Below are positions 38,101 through 48,515 of a stretch of 64,000 bases of DNA, piece by piece (the first letter of the stretch is position 1; the number at the start of each line of letters is the position of its first letter). Where the stretch lies: positions 3,392,001-3,456,000 of the forward strand of contig OZ241867.1 of the NCBI GenBank assembly GCA_965203175.1. Direction: 5' to 3'. The DNA comes from Candidatus Latescibacterota bacterium (GTDB lineage Bacteria > Latescibacterota > UBA2968 > UBA8231). The notes under the pieces were generated by a model. It did not search any database. It was not told the DNA's origin and saw nothing but the letters and a program-made list of their open reading frames with translations. Position numbers and translations under genes: made by a program.

Positions 38101-38534
38101 GCCTTGCGCGGTTTGAGAGAAGCGATGAAGACATGGAGGGATTGGCGGGTATGGCTGTCAACAAGCCCCCTCGGGATTGGGTTGATCCAGACATCGATCG
38201 TGCGACGGTTGAACTCGCCGACATGGCTCAGCAGTTCGTGCGTGCGGAGGCATTTGCTCACGTCAAGGGTCGCCAAGACAAGAGGCATTCCATGGCCGTG
38301 ATTGTCGGCATGGGTGGTCAGCCGAAACTAGTGCATGACGAGTTTGATATCATGGAGCTAGAACAGCCTGCGGTGAGAGAACTGATTGAACGCGTCGATG
38401 CGATACTGCGAGCCAACGGCGAAGAGCGACGAAACATCATTCTTGCTGCGCTAGCCGAGTTGAGTGCTCAATACCTAGATTCCGCTACTACGACGAAGCC
38501 AACGACGAATACGAGAGGGGAGGCAATCTCGTGA
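35151..38534 (+). CDS. sspC: Large ATPase SspC
   Basis: TGPYGSGKS, FIDEMGKFLE, LHQ, EWSKIQGRF, WPLHP, GQNQRSIFGFL; between DUF4007 and PAPS-reductase genes. Confidence 0.85.
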   Translation: MALADRIRIARRFQRAIRIDSDLGDPTALDGFICPRSSAEVLETMARHVVESGQGAFTWTGPYGSGKSSLVVALSAALNGDRKLSRHAKSVLGQETASLIWEALPSRTRGWRILPVVGRRDRPAQVIGEAITATDFLTGRKPRSWTDKHVLDALDKIASLNPRAGGGLVVFIDEMGKFLEAAANDGSDIYLFQELAERASRSDKRLIIVGILHQAFEEYAHRLSREMRDEWSKIQGRFVDLVVNASGDEQIDLLGRAIESDHPEKAGPLAKGVAQRTQRQASPYFAEMLEDCWPLHPIVACLLGPISRRRFGQNQRSIFGFLNSAEPQGFQDFLRSAGDNDIYGPDRLWDYLRLNLEPSILASPDGHRWALAMDALERCEAMGGGDLHIRLLKVIAAVDMFKDRSGLGASRDLLSLALPGHKKKIGAALNDLQRWSFVIYRKFTDAYSIFEGSDFNIDHAVEQALESIGEVDFASLNALAGLQPIVAKRHYHETGALRWFDIGVIPVVEVEAAAADYEPRYGAIGSFFLAIPTQGESEETAGEICRRVVQKSRAWDIVIGLSQHAWGIPAQARELVALERVRDETPELQGDRVARIEVQARIAVFQGELESELARAFNSASWYRRRRKAKTLPHAELNSLASDLADVKFHDAPRLNNELLGRVKPSSSAVAAQNALLRRMVNNEGEARLGIEEFPAEGGLCASLLEATGLYRETAEGWRFVVPTPDADDPGKLAPTWRAATELLENNAHRTVTIAEIYDVWRQVPLGIKDGLLPVLAVAFFLSQRGTLAFYRQGIFQARVSELDIDYLARDPADVQLRWMDLSDMSRRLLSEMANIVRDLDEGNALCHLEPIDVARGLVAIHDRLPPWVGRTQRLSRNAKQIRQLFKQANDPNKLIFNDIPKLLNDIQGVDDREDIQQIAGRVREGLTELHQAYPTMLNRMRETLLAELQVPNASPSMLAELRARADNIRELGGDHRLEAFIVRLARFERSDEDMEGLAGMAVNKPPRDWVDPDIDRATVELADMAQQFVRAEAFAHVKGRQDKRHSMAVIVGMGGQPKLVHDEFDIMELEQPAVRELIERVDAILRANGEERRNIILAALAELSAQYLDSATTTKPTTNTRGEAIS

Positions 38535-39373
38535 GCCAGACAAGCGAAACAAGGCATGTCTTAGGACTGTCCGGTGGTCGCGACAGCGCGGCGTTAGCGG
38601 TGTACATGCGGCAGAACCATCCCGAGCTTGATATCGACTATTTTTTTACTGATACCGGCAAGGAACTACCGGAGGTCTATGAGTTCCTAGTCAAGCTCGA
38701 AGGATTTCTGGGCAAGCCCATCGTGCGGCTGAATCCCGACCGCGACTTTGACTTTTGGCTGAAACAGTACAATAATTTCTTGCCTTCTCCGCAGACGCGC
38801 TGGTGTACGCGGCAACTCAAGCTCCGGCCTTTTGAGTTGTGGATTCGGCCCATGCTGGATAGTGGCATAACCGTTTATAGCTACGTCGCAATCCGGGCGG
38901 ACGAAGAATACCGAGAAGGTTATGCCTCCAAACACGAGGCTTTGATAGTGCAACTCCCGTTCAAAGATGCCGGTATCGACAAGGCGGGCGTACTAGAGAT
39001 TCTGGAAGGGGCAGGCTTAGGACTACCGAAATACTACGAGTGGCGCACGCGGAGTGGCTGTACCTTCTGCTTCTTCCAGCAGAAAATCGAGTGGGTGCGG
39101 CTGATGGAGCGACACCCCGAGTACTTCGAGGAGGCCAAGCGATACGAAAAGGACGCCGTTGATCAGGGCTCGCCGTTCACTTGGAGTCAAGGGGAGTCGC
39201 TGAATGATCTCGCCAAGCCCGAGCGTGTAGAGCAGATAAAAGAAAATCATCAGCGCCGGTTAGAGCGTGCGCACGGCAAGCATCAGGTCAATCCGCTTCG
39301 TCCCGATGCCGAACCCCTCGACGTTGACGACCTCTACGGCAAAGCGAAGGTCTGTCTAGCGTGTCACAAATAA
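38531..39373 (+). CDS. sspD: PAPS-reductase-family SspD
   Basis: SGGRDS PP-loop, DTGKELPE, RWCT, RSGCTFCFFQ, C-terminal CLACHK. Confidence 0.9.
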   Translation: MSQTSETRHVLGLSGGRDSAALAVYMRQNHPELDIDYFFTDTGKELPEVYEFLVKLEGFLGKPIVRLNPDRDFDFWLKQYNNFLPSPQTRWCTRQLKLRPFELWIRPMLDSGITVYSYVAIRADEEYREGYASKHEALIVQLPFKDAGIDKAGVLEILEGAGLGLPKYYEWRTRSGCTFCFFQQKIEWVRLMERHPEYFEEAKRYEKDAVDQGSPFTWSQGESLNDLAKPERVEQIKENHQRRLERAHGKHQVNPLRPDAEPLDVDDLYGKAKVCLACHK

Positions 39374-39436
39374 AGATTTCGTCCAATACTAAATTGAAAT
39401 TTCGAAATAAGGTGAGGTGGGGGTGTTTAGGACACT

Positions 39437-41269
39437 ATGTCACGCACCAATAGACTGATCTCTTTCTTTCGGCACTATGGGCCGATTCCAGCAAGCGACA
39501 ATATGTATGACGAGCTAATCCAAGCGGAGATAGCTCGTTACGAAATCTCTCCATCAATCCAGATTGAGCCAGCGCGGCTTAAAGACCTGATTGAGAATTT
39601 TGATAGCCCAGAGCCGACCAATGTAATTCTTACTGGAACGGCTGGTGATGGGAAAACTTACCATTGTCGTCGCGTGTGGGAGTATTTCGACGGTGATGAG
39701 GGCCAATGGCAACGCGGCAAGAAGATAGCGACTCTCGACCTGCCAAAATCCGGGAAACACCTAGTCATCATCAAGGACTTGAGCGAGCTCAAAGCTGAGG
39801 AGAAGCGTGAACTTTTTCCCGACTTGGCCGCGGCAGTAGCGGGCACGAACGAGGGTGATGTATACCTTCTAGCTGCCAACGACGGGCAGTTGGTCGCTAG
39901 TTGGCGAGAGTGGGCAGAGCAGGATGGGGATCAGGCCCTTGCCGACTTTAAAGTGCTGGAAGGGATGCTAGTGGAGGATCGCCATCGAGATCCGCATTTG
40001 CGCCTGTACCTATACAATCTCAGCCGCATGGATGCGTCTCAGCACTTTGATGCCCTTGTTGAGCGGGTGGTGGAGCATCCGCAGTGGCGAGGATGCGAAG
40101 GATGTGAATTATTGAACGAAGATGGGTCTACCATTTGCCCTATCCGACTCAATCGCGAGCTGCTTCGCGCAGCGAGCTCACCATTTCGACAACGCTTGGG
40201 TGCTCTACTGCGCTTGGCAGGAGTTAACCGAATGCACTTGCCAATTCGTGATCTGTTGCTGCTGGTAATCAACATCATCCTTGGCGATCGGCAAGCTGGT
40301 CAGTCTCTATTATCGTGTCGTACCGCGAAAAATCGCGCTAAGCAATCTGATTACACTAAGACCAATCCCTATGCCAATGTCTTTGGAGCTAATCTACCGG
40401 AAAAGGACCGTCAGAAATACCAAGCATTTAAGACACTAGACAGTTTTGGTATCGGTCGTGAGACTGACAATACATTCGACAATCTTCTTATCTACGGTCA
40501 CTATAACGAGGAGGAACGTTACAAGCGACTAGTCGATAACGACGATTACTACGGTGGCTCGGACTATCGGTTATATTTGCAGGACTACTTAGAGGGAGAG
40601 CGAGAAGAGATTCAGAATTTTATGGAGGCTCTCGGGCGACAGCGACGCCGTTTGTTCTTCTCATTACCAGCCGATGTGGGCCTCGACCCTTGGCACTTGA
40701 CCGTATATCGCTCAGCTGGCCTACTCTTAGAGATGACAGAGAAAATCAAGAATGATGGAGACATAACACAACTGACAGAGCAATTAGTTCGTGGATTGAA
40801 CCGTACACTCTGTGGTATGATGATTGATGACGGGACACAGGTGTATCTCGCGTCTTCGGGTGGAGATGGTCGAGGGCGGATCGCCTCCGTCTTGAACTAT
40901 GATCTGCGCACAGCTATACACCGGCGTTATATTTACGTCACCTTCAATTTGGCCGAAGATGGCCTGACGCCTCGACTGATGGTCATTGACCCAACGGAGT
41001 CCGAAGAATCGCAGATTATTGATCACCTTGATCTTCAGTTGACACATTTCGAATACCTGATGCGGGTTTCTCGTGGCAGCCTGCCTGCAAGTTTTTCCCG
41101 ACAGTGCTATGAGGATTTTCTGGACTTCAAGCTAAGGCTAATCGAACGGCTACACGAGTTAATCGGTGAAGATGGCAATGAGCGGGAAGTTTCGCTTCAT
41201 GCTATTAGAGTTGACGAGGACGGGCGTCCACAGGTAGATGATATTCGCATCCGGGTGGGTACGCCATGA
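39437..41269 (+). CDS. sspF: P-loop NTPase, probable SspF
   Basis: ILTGTAGDGKT, IIKDLS, AANDG; first of three genes after sspD. Confidence 0.7.
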   Translation: MSRTNRLISFFRHYGPIPASDNMYDELIQAEIARYEISPSIQIEPARLKDLIENFDSPEPTNVILTGTAGDGKTYHCRRVWEYFDGDEGQWQRGKKIATLDLPKSGKHLVIIKDLSELKAEEKRELFPDLAAAVAGTNEGDVYLLAANDGQLVASWREWAEQDGDQALADFKVLEGMLVEDRHRDPHLRLYLYNLSRMDASQHFDALVERVVEHPQWRGCEGCELLNEDGSTICPIRLNRELLRAASSPFRQRLGALLRLAGVNRMHLPIRDLLLLVINIILGDRQAGQSLLSCRTAKNRAKQSDYTKTNPYANVFGANLPEKDRQKYQAFKTLDSFGIGRETDNTFDNLLIYGHYNEEERYKRLVDNDDYYGGSDYRLYLQDYLEGEREEIQNFMEALGRQRRRLFFSLPADVGLDPWHLTVYRSAGLLLEMTEKIKNDGDITQLTEQLVRGLNRTLCGMMIDDGTQVYLASSGGDGRGRIASVLNYDLRTAIHRRYIYVTFNLAEDGLTPRLMVIDPTESEESQIIDHLDLQLTHFEYLMRVSRGSLPASFSRQCYEDFLDFKLRLIERLHELIGEDGNEREVSLHAIRVDEDGRPQVDDIRIRVGTP

Positions 41270-42795
41270 CTCCAATTTCTGCTCCTGCCAATCACAAAGA
41301 AGCCGTGAATCTATGGGCTGACGAGGCTATATGGGGGCATCGGTTTCATAACGACCAAACGCCATGGCTGGTGCTACTAGAGTTCCTGGCCGTATTCCGC
41401 TCAAGGAATCTGGACGGTAACGCACTGGATGAGGAACAAGTCAACGGCGAGCATGAGCACGTACCTTACTACATCCCACGTATGACACCGCTCAGGCAGC
41501 TAATCTTTAACAATCCACACATTCAGCATATTGAAGTGGAGGGGAAGACCAATAATGAGTGCTGGGATACTTGGCTGGATAAGATCGACGGGGACTACAA
41601 TTTTTCGTACCTGAAAGATCGATTCGAGAATTTCTCGCGCTTGGCACCGATTGTTGAATTCTTCCAGAATACTGCTATTGAGGCACATCGACAACGCCGA
41701 TGGACCTCGCGCTTCTTGTTTCCCTATGGTCCCAACTGTATATACGCTGACCTTCCGGGCAAGATTTCTGGTAGCCCGGACAGGCGGTTTTTCGCACGCG
41801 GTGGCGAACTATTGTATCTCATGCTTTCACGCAGTGGCGATGGCCCAGCATTAGCAAAGAAAATCGCAAGTCGCCTTCTACCGGACAATGATCGTTGGGA
41901 CCGTGTAGTGCGCGCATTGCTACCGGAGAACTATCGCGTAGAGCCAGATTCTGTACGAATAGAACATATCGGTTATCTGCCATTTGTCGGCCGACCAGAG
42001 TACCAAGGGCTTGCTAGGGACTGGCACACGCTCTTGGACCTGAACCTACCGGGTACAACCTTGCTTGACCCGTTGATGCGGCTATCGACGCTTCACATGT
42101 TGTTGTACATGGTGAGGCGTGCCCACGAGGAAGTAGGAGACGGAGCGAAGCCTACTTTCGTTCTGGAAATCGCTTCGCCGCGTAAAACACCGCTCCTTGA
42201 ATTATCTGCCGATAACCTTGGTAGTAATCGCATACTGTCGCGGCGTGCAATTCACGCCTATATTGACCGAGCAAAGCAAGATACGGCTTGGCAAAGTGCG
42301 TTGAATGATCGGGTACCTGCTGACGCTGTTCGGGACTACCTCTTGAAGCGGTTTTCTTGGAAGCCTGAAGATGACAGGCATAGCAATGATCCTGATAAAG
42401 TGTACCAGGAACTACGCAGCTATGCGGAAAAGCGCCATAGTGAGCATGTTGCGAAGGTTCATATAGAATGGAGCCGACATATTGGCCTGTCTGTCTCTCG
42501 TCGCGGAACAGGAACTTGGTACGCCGCTGACGATGCGCTTCTTAAGGCTCTGGTTATGGCTACTGTAAAGGAACGTGAGGAATACCACCGTTTTCTGACC
42601 AAGATTTACCAGTATTATCGGTTGGTTATAGGAGTGCAAGAGGCAGAGGATGCCTACGGCACTTTGCCGACAGACGAGAAGGCGTTCACTCAAAACACTC
42701 AGCGTTTAGAGCAACGCCTACGAACCCTAGGTCTGCTACGACGGCTGTCAGATGACTGTGCATACGTTGAGAATCCATTCGGGGACAAGTCATGA
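41266..42795 (+). CDS. sspG: Probable SspG
   Basis: Coupled by ATGA overlaps on both sides; C-terminal LGLLRRLSDDCAYV resembles DndG-type ends. Confidence 0.7.
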   Translation: MTPISAPANHKEAVNLWADEAIWGHRFHNDQTPWLVLLEFLAVFRSRNLDGNALDEEQVNGEHEHVPYYIPRMTPLRQLIFNNPHIQHIEVEGKTNNECWDTWLDKIDGDYNFSYLKDRFENFSRLAPIVEFFQNTAIEAHRQRRWTSRFLFPYGPNCIYADLPGKISGSPDRRFFARGGELLYLMLSRSGDGPALAKKIASRLLPDNDRWDRVVRALLPENYRVEPDSVRIEHIGYLPFVGRPEYQGLARDWHTLLDLNLPGTTLLDPLMRLSTLHMLLYMVRRAHEEVGDGAKPTFVLEIASPRKTPLLELSADNLGSNRILSRRAIHAYIDRAKQDTAWQSALNDRVPADAVRDYLLKRFSWKPEDDRHSNDPDKVYQELRSYAEKRHSEHVAKVHIEWSRHIGLSVSRRGTGTWYAADDALLKALVMATVKEREEYHRFLTKIYQYYRLVIGVQEAEDAYGTLPTDEKAFTQNTQRLEQRLRTLGLLRRLSDDCAYVENPFGDKS

Positions 42796-45700
42796 CGCAA
42801 AATGAGCTTATTGCTCAAGTCACAATTGACCTAGTGCAGCAACAGCTTGAAAACGAGCCGGAGGGCACACTGCGATTCTGCATGGTGGGCTTAGACGCGC
42901 AATTGGTAACCGACATCGCAAACACAGCATTGGCCGACCCAGACGTAAGCCGGGTAGTCAATGTCCGCATCCCGTCTGCCTTCGCAAAAACGGAAACGCT
43001 TCCACATGAGGCGATCAGCGATGAGTCCATTACACATTGGCGCCACTGCCGGCTTGAAGAAGGAAAGCGCGGTGTCCTCTTCGCCGCCTCCCATGAAGAA
43101 CTGCAGCGCAACGACAAGAGCGTGGAGAAGATCACCCGAATCGAAACCGACGTACTCCGTGATTTACACGATTCTTGGATAGAGCGTGCGGACCTCACAG
43201 CACTTTATCTAGACGAGAAGAAACGCTCACACTTGCGAGCCTGCTTACATGCCGCCAATGATGCCCATGCCGCACGGACTATAGAAAGATTCGCTGACTT
43301 CGTTCTTGCTATTGCAAAAGGTATCATTACCCAAGGGCTGCCGGTGCAGAAGGGGGTGGACAACGCTTTACCAGCGCTCCATTTGCCTAGAAATGCCGGA
43401 GATTTTGACCGAATTCCCGAGAAGGACCGTGCTAATCCGTCTGAGTGGACTAGGATATTCCGACGGCTCCATACCCGAATACGTCCCTTGCTCGTGCAGG
43501 AAAATGAGCAAGGGGAATCGGTTGCTGACCAGTTACGCGAGAACTTTGACGAAATCCGCGACCGCCTGGATAACCATCAAGTCTGCACTATTGAGAAATT
43601 CCTAGACGCCGACCTAACACCGGATAGGTGGTCACAGGCACAAGATGATTTGGCTCAACTGGACTGGCGTGCTATCAGTGAGGTTTTCATCGGCGTACAA
43701 CGTATAAAAGCAATGCCCCTTGGGATGCGGACAATTCAATTTTTTGAGGATGAGTTTGGCGACCAACTCGATGACGATGATCGAGACTTATTGATGGCAT
43801 CACTCCCCAAAGGCCCTTCCGAATCCTTGGAGAGCTTCTTCGAACTTCGACGTGAGCAATTGGCACGCGATAAGAAGCTCTACGGCCAGTGGGAACGCTA
43901 TATTTACCGCAACCCACAGCCATTCGATGACTTTTGGGTCGGCTTGATTGACACAATTCATCAATTGCACAAACACACAAATGATGAGGATCTGAAGAGT
44001 CGGCAACTCGTGGTGCGTATTCTTCGCGGACGGGAGAAAAGTTTCTGGCGCGAAAAAAATGTCCATGTGGCACGATATTTTGCATTTCGCTATCGCGGTA
44101 TTGCTAAACTATTTCAAGAGGATGTCCAGTTCGATTTTGGCCGACTTGAGGAATTCTATTTTCCAGAACCGAATGCAGAGTTAAAGAAGTCCACCTCTAG
44201 GTCAAAAGACGCCCGACAGCTAAAGTTTGAAGTAGAACTAGATTCTGACGGTGCCAAGTCGAAGCTTATGTTCCTATGGGAAATGCCACCTGACGCGTTA
44301 GCCAGCGCGATGCCTAACGACCTGTTGCGTATTGCCAATGTCAATGGAGATACCGCGCTCTTGCCGACAGCAGATATCGCACGCCAGTCCGTGAGTGCTA
44401 AGGGGCACATTCAGCGCATCGCGCTTGATGACGTGAACACCATACGTGACGTTGATAAAGGCAACGATGGTATCTTAGTCGCACCCAATCAACCCTTTGG
44501 GGACCTAGGCGAAGCGTTTCACTTAGCGTGTGATGAATTGAAAGGAATCGCTTTGGACGAAGTGCAATACCAGAGAATCGGTAATGCATTCTCCGATTTC
44601 GCTACGGACTATACCAGAGCGATCCGTGATTGGATTGGTGATGAGGGGCTCGGCATCTCGTCACACGCCCTCGTTTCACAGGTAGAGTCATACGGCACAC
44701 TCCTTAAATTTTTAAGAAGTGAGGCCGATAACGACTTGGCTCGCCAGAAGCTATGGCATAAGCTATTGAGAGTGGGGATTGCCAAAGTGAATGGTGGTGC
44801 TTCGGCAGCGATTATTACACCTTGGCACCCACTGCGGCTAGCGGAGATTCACGTTAAGGCGAGGCAGACCGCAGAGCTAATCAAGACGGTGTTGAAGGCT
44901 AACAAAGATGACATTTTTCGGGCGGACATTCTGTTTAGCCAAAAGCGTCAGGAGCTCAAGGCGGACTATTACCCAGAGGTGTGTATCGGGTCCGAGGAGG
45001 ACGACCGGCCCATATTACTGTCTGCTGCGGAAACGCTATTCGACTATACGCTTGCGGAATCACCGAAGCGGCGTGTGATGCAGAACGGCGACGATGCCCT
45101 TGACATCGAGCCGGGGGTTGCAGCGCGCGTGTTTGGCGATGTGGGTGAGCAATATTTAGAGCTTCTACCTCATGAGCGTACCAACTTCTCGGTGGTCTTG
45201 TACAATGCTGAGTCCAAGGCCCTACCAAGCGCTATTGCGTCTGAGTTATCGAGCAAAGTCGAACAGGAAAGTGAACTCCAGTGCGACCTTCTTCTTACAC
45301 ACGCGAGCCCGAAGCGGATGCGACGAATCTATGAACAGCAAAATGTGGCGGTGAGTGAGGAAGCAGGCTCTGTCATGGCGAGCGAGGCCGCACGTAACTT
45401 CCTATCGCGCCTACGAGTTGGGTTCTTGGATGCCACAAATATCTCGAATGACGAGACCGAGCGAGTGTCTGATCTGGTTCTTTTGCAGGATGTGATTGCT
45501 CGAAATGCAGAGGTTCGATGGAAAGAGGCCCCCAGTGATAGGCACCCTGCTCTACTAGAACACGTTCCGCCGCGTTGGTCCCGCCGTCGTCCGGTCGGTC
45601 CGGCAGATCAGACTTCTTCGATTTATTTGACCTCACCAATGCAGCCGGTACCGGGTCAAGCCTATCTTAATGCCGTGCATATATACTTGGACGGTGATAA

Positions 45701-48179
45701 TGCTCGGTCAGGTAATGTCATTCCCGCCCGAGAAATCAATTTCCAAGACAGCGATGTAGACGATGTTTTTAAACAGACGCACAAGATCGGCGAGTGGGTC
45801 GTAAATTTCGACGAGCTTGTGGATCGGAGGCTGTTAGCTAACAAGGGTGTGCATGTAATCCGTCATATCCATGACCGAAATGTAGGCCGGAACATAGTTG
45901 TCTCCACAAACTCAAAGCCGCGACTGCTTCGTGTGCTGATTCGCGAGCGGCTGGATCGGATTGATCCTGCTATCGTTGGAACGTACGGAGATTGCGTCAT
46001 AGACCGACTGATCAAGAAGGCCAACGACCTGTCCGGTCAAGTCGTGATGCGTGCGGCACGATATGGGCATTTCGCCAACGAGCTCTTAGGAATCGTGCTT
46101 TCCATGCAACGACTTCAGACGGGTTTAGGCGACCCATCTTTGCCTGTTGGATGGTATTTCCTTGACGACTTTGCCAACTGGTTTAGTCGGCACGAAGAGC
46201 CGATCGCCGATATTATGGCCATAGCGCCGAGAATAGAGAATGGAATGCCCGTCCTTAAGATTGCCATTTCGGAGGCGAAGTTTGTTGAGTCGAAAGGACA
46301 CCGAGCGTACGCCAAAAAATCGGAGCAACAACTTCAATCTACAGTCTCACGTATAAGCCGTGCTTTAGACCCACAGCATCGACGAATTGACCGGCAGACT
46401 TGGCTGCATCGACTGGGGGATTTCATGATCGAAGGAATGGAGTACTTCGACAGTGTACAAAGACATGATTGGGATCTGCACCAATGGTCCGACGAAGTAC
46501 GGCAGGACAAGGTGTCTATCAGGATTGTTGGGTTCTCTCATGTCTTCGTCCATGATGACGAGGCGCATGTTGATACCGGCGACGCCATACCTCTTACCGG
46601 TATGGAGCACTGTTTACAAGAGGTGTTTGACAAGTCCCGCGTCGCTGAGGAATTGAGACTCTTCGCAGCGCCAGTAACAACTCAAGCGGAACAAGCAGAC
46701 CAAGCAGCACAAGGATGGACACGCGCACTAATTTCCCAAGCTCGGACGGTCAAGGCCCAGGAGCCCAGCACCGATACACAAGTAGAGGCAACCACTGAAG
46801 AAGAGGTATCACATCGGCAGCCTGAAACTTCGCTAATGCCTGAGAGCGCCAAAACGGAGGCGATATTGACCGATGACCCAAGCCTATCGATCAAGGCGGA
46901 GTTCGAAAAACCCATAGTCGGCGAAAAATTGCAAGAAGAGAAGACTGACGTTTCCGAAAAGCATGAACTGACGGGGGACACACAATGGCCGTCAACCGAT
47001 CTCCAGTACTGGGTAGACATTGGCAAGGCCATAGGCGACAAGGACGAGCAAGCCTTTGAGTGGCTGGACACAACGGTAAAGAGCCTCCAGCGTGCGCTTC
47101 GGGGCTACGACATGACAACGGAGTTACTGGGGTCGCGCTTAACTCCCAATGCCGCCCTAGTGCGTTTTCGTGGTACCGACGACCTGACAACGTCGAAGGT
47201 AGAACGCCGCCGACAAGAGCTTTTGACCTCACATGCGATTGACGTAACCAATGTCCTCGGAGTACCAGGCGAGATCATCATCATGGTACGTAGGCCGGAG
47301 CGTGCCATTCTATTTCTACGGGACTTGTGGCGTCATCGACAGTTGCCGAAAACGGCACCCGAGACCAATACTAGTCTACTGCTTGGCGCACGAGAGTCGG
47401 ACGGTGAACTGCTCTACCTCAACGTGGATGACGAATTTGCCAACTATCAGCCCCATGGACCGCATACTCTTATTGCGGGAGAAACGGGTAGTGGCAAAGG
47501 GGTCCTAGTTCAGTGTATGCTATTGGATATTTGTGCAACGAATTCGCCGTACACTGTGCGCATCCGTATGATTGACCCAAAGGCAGGGATTGACTTTCCA
47601 TGGCTGAGGCGGATGCCCCACCTCGACGGCGACGTAGTGACCCATCAAGGCGAAGCCATCCAAGTATTTGAAGGGCTAGTTGCAGAAATGGAGCGGCGCA
47701 ATCGGCTCTTGGCCGGCGCTGGAGTGACGAAGCTTGCACACTACAATAGGAAGGTCGTCCCGGCTGATCGCCTACCGCGGATTTGGCTATTTCACGATGA
47801 GCTAGCCGATTGGATGCTAATCGACGAATACCGCGAGGCCGTGGAGACCAATGTTACGCGGCTCGGTGTCAAAGCACGAGCCGCAGGCATAAATTTAGTT
47901 CTCGTCACACAACGACCGGATAAGAATGCACTACCTATGCAACTGCGGGCCAACTTGTCCAACCGGCTAGTCCTGAAAGTTGCAGACAAACGCAATTCTG
48001 AGCTTGTTCTGGACGAAGCCGGTGCCGAACGCCTTCTAGGTCGCGGCCACTTGGCTGCAAAGCTCTCGGGAGAAGGAAAAACTATTCTCGCCCAAGTGCC
48101 GTTCGCCACCGATTACGAAATTGAGGAATTAGCTTCTCTGATTACGGATGCTTGGAACAATCACGGCCAGAGTGATTAG
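42792..48179 (+). CDS. sspH: Probable SspH: large protein with PD-(D/E)xK-like motif and C-terminal FtsK-type ATPase
   Basis: IADIMA...SEAKF; HTLIAGETGSGKG, IDPK, FHDELAD, KARAAGI.L..TQRP, GAERLLGRG. Confidence 0.75.
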   Translation: MTQNELIAQVTIDLVQQQLENEPEGTLRFCMVGLDAQLVTDIANTALADPDVSRVVNVRIPSAFAKTETLPHEAISDESITHWRHCRLEEGKRGVLFAASHEELQRNDKSVEKITRIETDVLRDLHDSWIERADLTALYLDEKKRSHLRACLHAANDAHAARTIERFADFVLAIAKGIITQGLPVQKGVDNALPALHLPRNAGDFDRIPEKDRANPSEWTRIFRRLHTRIRPLLVQENEQGESVADQLRENFDEIRDRLDNHQVCTIEKFLDADLTPDRWSQAQDDLAQLDWRAISEVFIGVQRIKAMPLGMRTIQFFEDEFGDQLDDDDRDLLMASLPKGPSESLESFFELRREQLARDKKLYGQWERYIYRNPQPFDDFWVGLIDTIHQLHKHTNDEDLKSRQLVVRILRGREKSFWREKNVHVARYFAFRYRGIAKLFQEDVQFDFGRLEEFYFPEPNAELKKSTSRSKDARQLKFEVELDSDGAKSKLMFLWEMPPDALASAMPNDLLRIANVNGDTALLPTADIARQSVSAKGHIQRIALDDVNTIRDVDKGNDGILVAPNQPFGDLGEAFHLACDELKGIALDEVQYQRIGNAFSDFATDYTRAIRDWIGDEGLGISSHALVSQVESYGTLLKFLRSEADNDLARQKLWHKLLRVGIAKVNGGASAAIITPWHPLRLAEIHVKARQTAELIKTVLKANKDDIFRADILFSQKRQELKADYYPEVCIGSEEDDRPILLSAAETLFDYTLAESPKRRVMQNGDDALDIEPGVAARVFGDVGEQYLELLPHERTNFSVVLYNAESKALPSAIASELSSKVEQESELQCDLLLTHASPKRMRRIYEQQNVAVSEEAGSVMASEAARNFLSRLRVGFLDATNISNDETERVSDLVLLQDVIARNAEVRWKEAPSDRHPALLEHVPPRWSRRRPVGPADQTSSIYLTSPMQPVPGQAYLNAVHIYLDGDNARSGNVIPAREINFQDSDVDDVFKQTHKIGEWVVNFDELVDRRLLANKGVHVIRHIHDRNVGRNIVVSTNSKPRLLRVLIRERLDRIDPAIVGTYGDCVIDRLIKKANDLSGQVVMRAARYGHFANELLGIVLSMQRLQTGLGDPSLPVGWYFLDDFANWFSRHEEPIADIMAIAPRIENGMPVLKIAISEAKFVESKGHRAYAKKSEQQLQSTVSRISRALDPQHRRIDRQTWLHRLGDFMIEGMEYFDSVQRHDWDLHQWSDEVRQDKVSIRIVGFSHVFVHDDEAHVDTGDAIPLTGMEHCLQEVFDKSRVAEELRLFAAPVTTQAEQADQAAQGWTRALISQARTVKAQEPSTDTQVEATTEEEVSHRQPETSLMPESAKTEAILTDDPSLSIKAEFEKPIVGEKLQEEKTDVSEKHELTGDTQWPSTDLQYWVDIGKAIGDKDEQAFEWLDTTVKSLQRALRGYDMTTELLGSRLTPNAALVRFRGTDDLTTSKVERRRQELLTSHAIDVTNVLGVPGEIIIMVRRPERAILFLRDLWRHRQLPKTAPETNTSLLLGARESDGELLYLNVDDEFANYQPHGPHTLIAGETGSGKGVLVQCMLLDICATNSPYTVRIRMIDPKAGIDFPWLRRMPHLDGDVVTHQGEAIQVFEGLVAEMERRNRLLAGAGVTKLAHYNRKVVPADRLPRIWLFHDELADWMLIDEYREAVETNVTRLGVKARAAGINLVLVTQRPDKNALPMQLRANLSNRLVLKVADKRNSELVLDEAGAERLLGRGHLAAKLSGEGKTILAQVPFATDYEIEELASLITDAWNNHGQSD

Positions 48180-48255
48180 TTAGAACATTGCCCTCTTACA
48201 GTGAGGCATCCATAAACGAGTAGGAAATATTTTTTGACTAAAGGCTGTTCTAAAG

Positions 48256-48294
48256 AAAAAACCCCGTGTCGGGAAGATTTGGCACGGGGTTTTT
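48256..48294. terminator. Bidirectional intrinsic terminator (repeat copy 1)
   Basis: A-tract, CCCCGTGTC-loop-GGCACGGGG, T-tract. Confidence 0.8.
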
Positions 48295-48515
48295 CGGTTC
48301 TCTCAGATTTCAAAAAGGCCCACGACCGAATAGCGACAGCAGTTTGAACAGCATCCGTATCATTGGACATCTCCCTTTATTGCTGACATAGTGCTGACAC
48401 AACTTTTTTGTCGTTTTTTTCATATTTGTCTTAAATATTTATTTTTATTTAGTTTAGTATCAAATACCAAATCGACAACTTACTCATTAGTGGTTGGTTT
48501 TGAAAATTTGAGGAA

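Noticed and set aside
34197-39373. BREX type 4
   Set aside because: No PglZ or BrxL; DUF4007-ATPase-PAPS reductase order with a desulfurase fits Ssp
42792-48179. Housekeeping cell-division FtsK
   Set aside because: No N-terminal TM segments or gamma domain; coupled to the ssp operon
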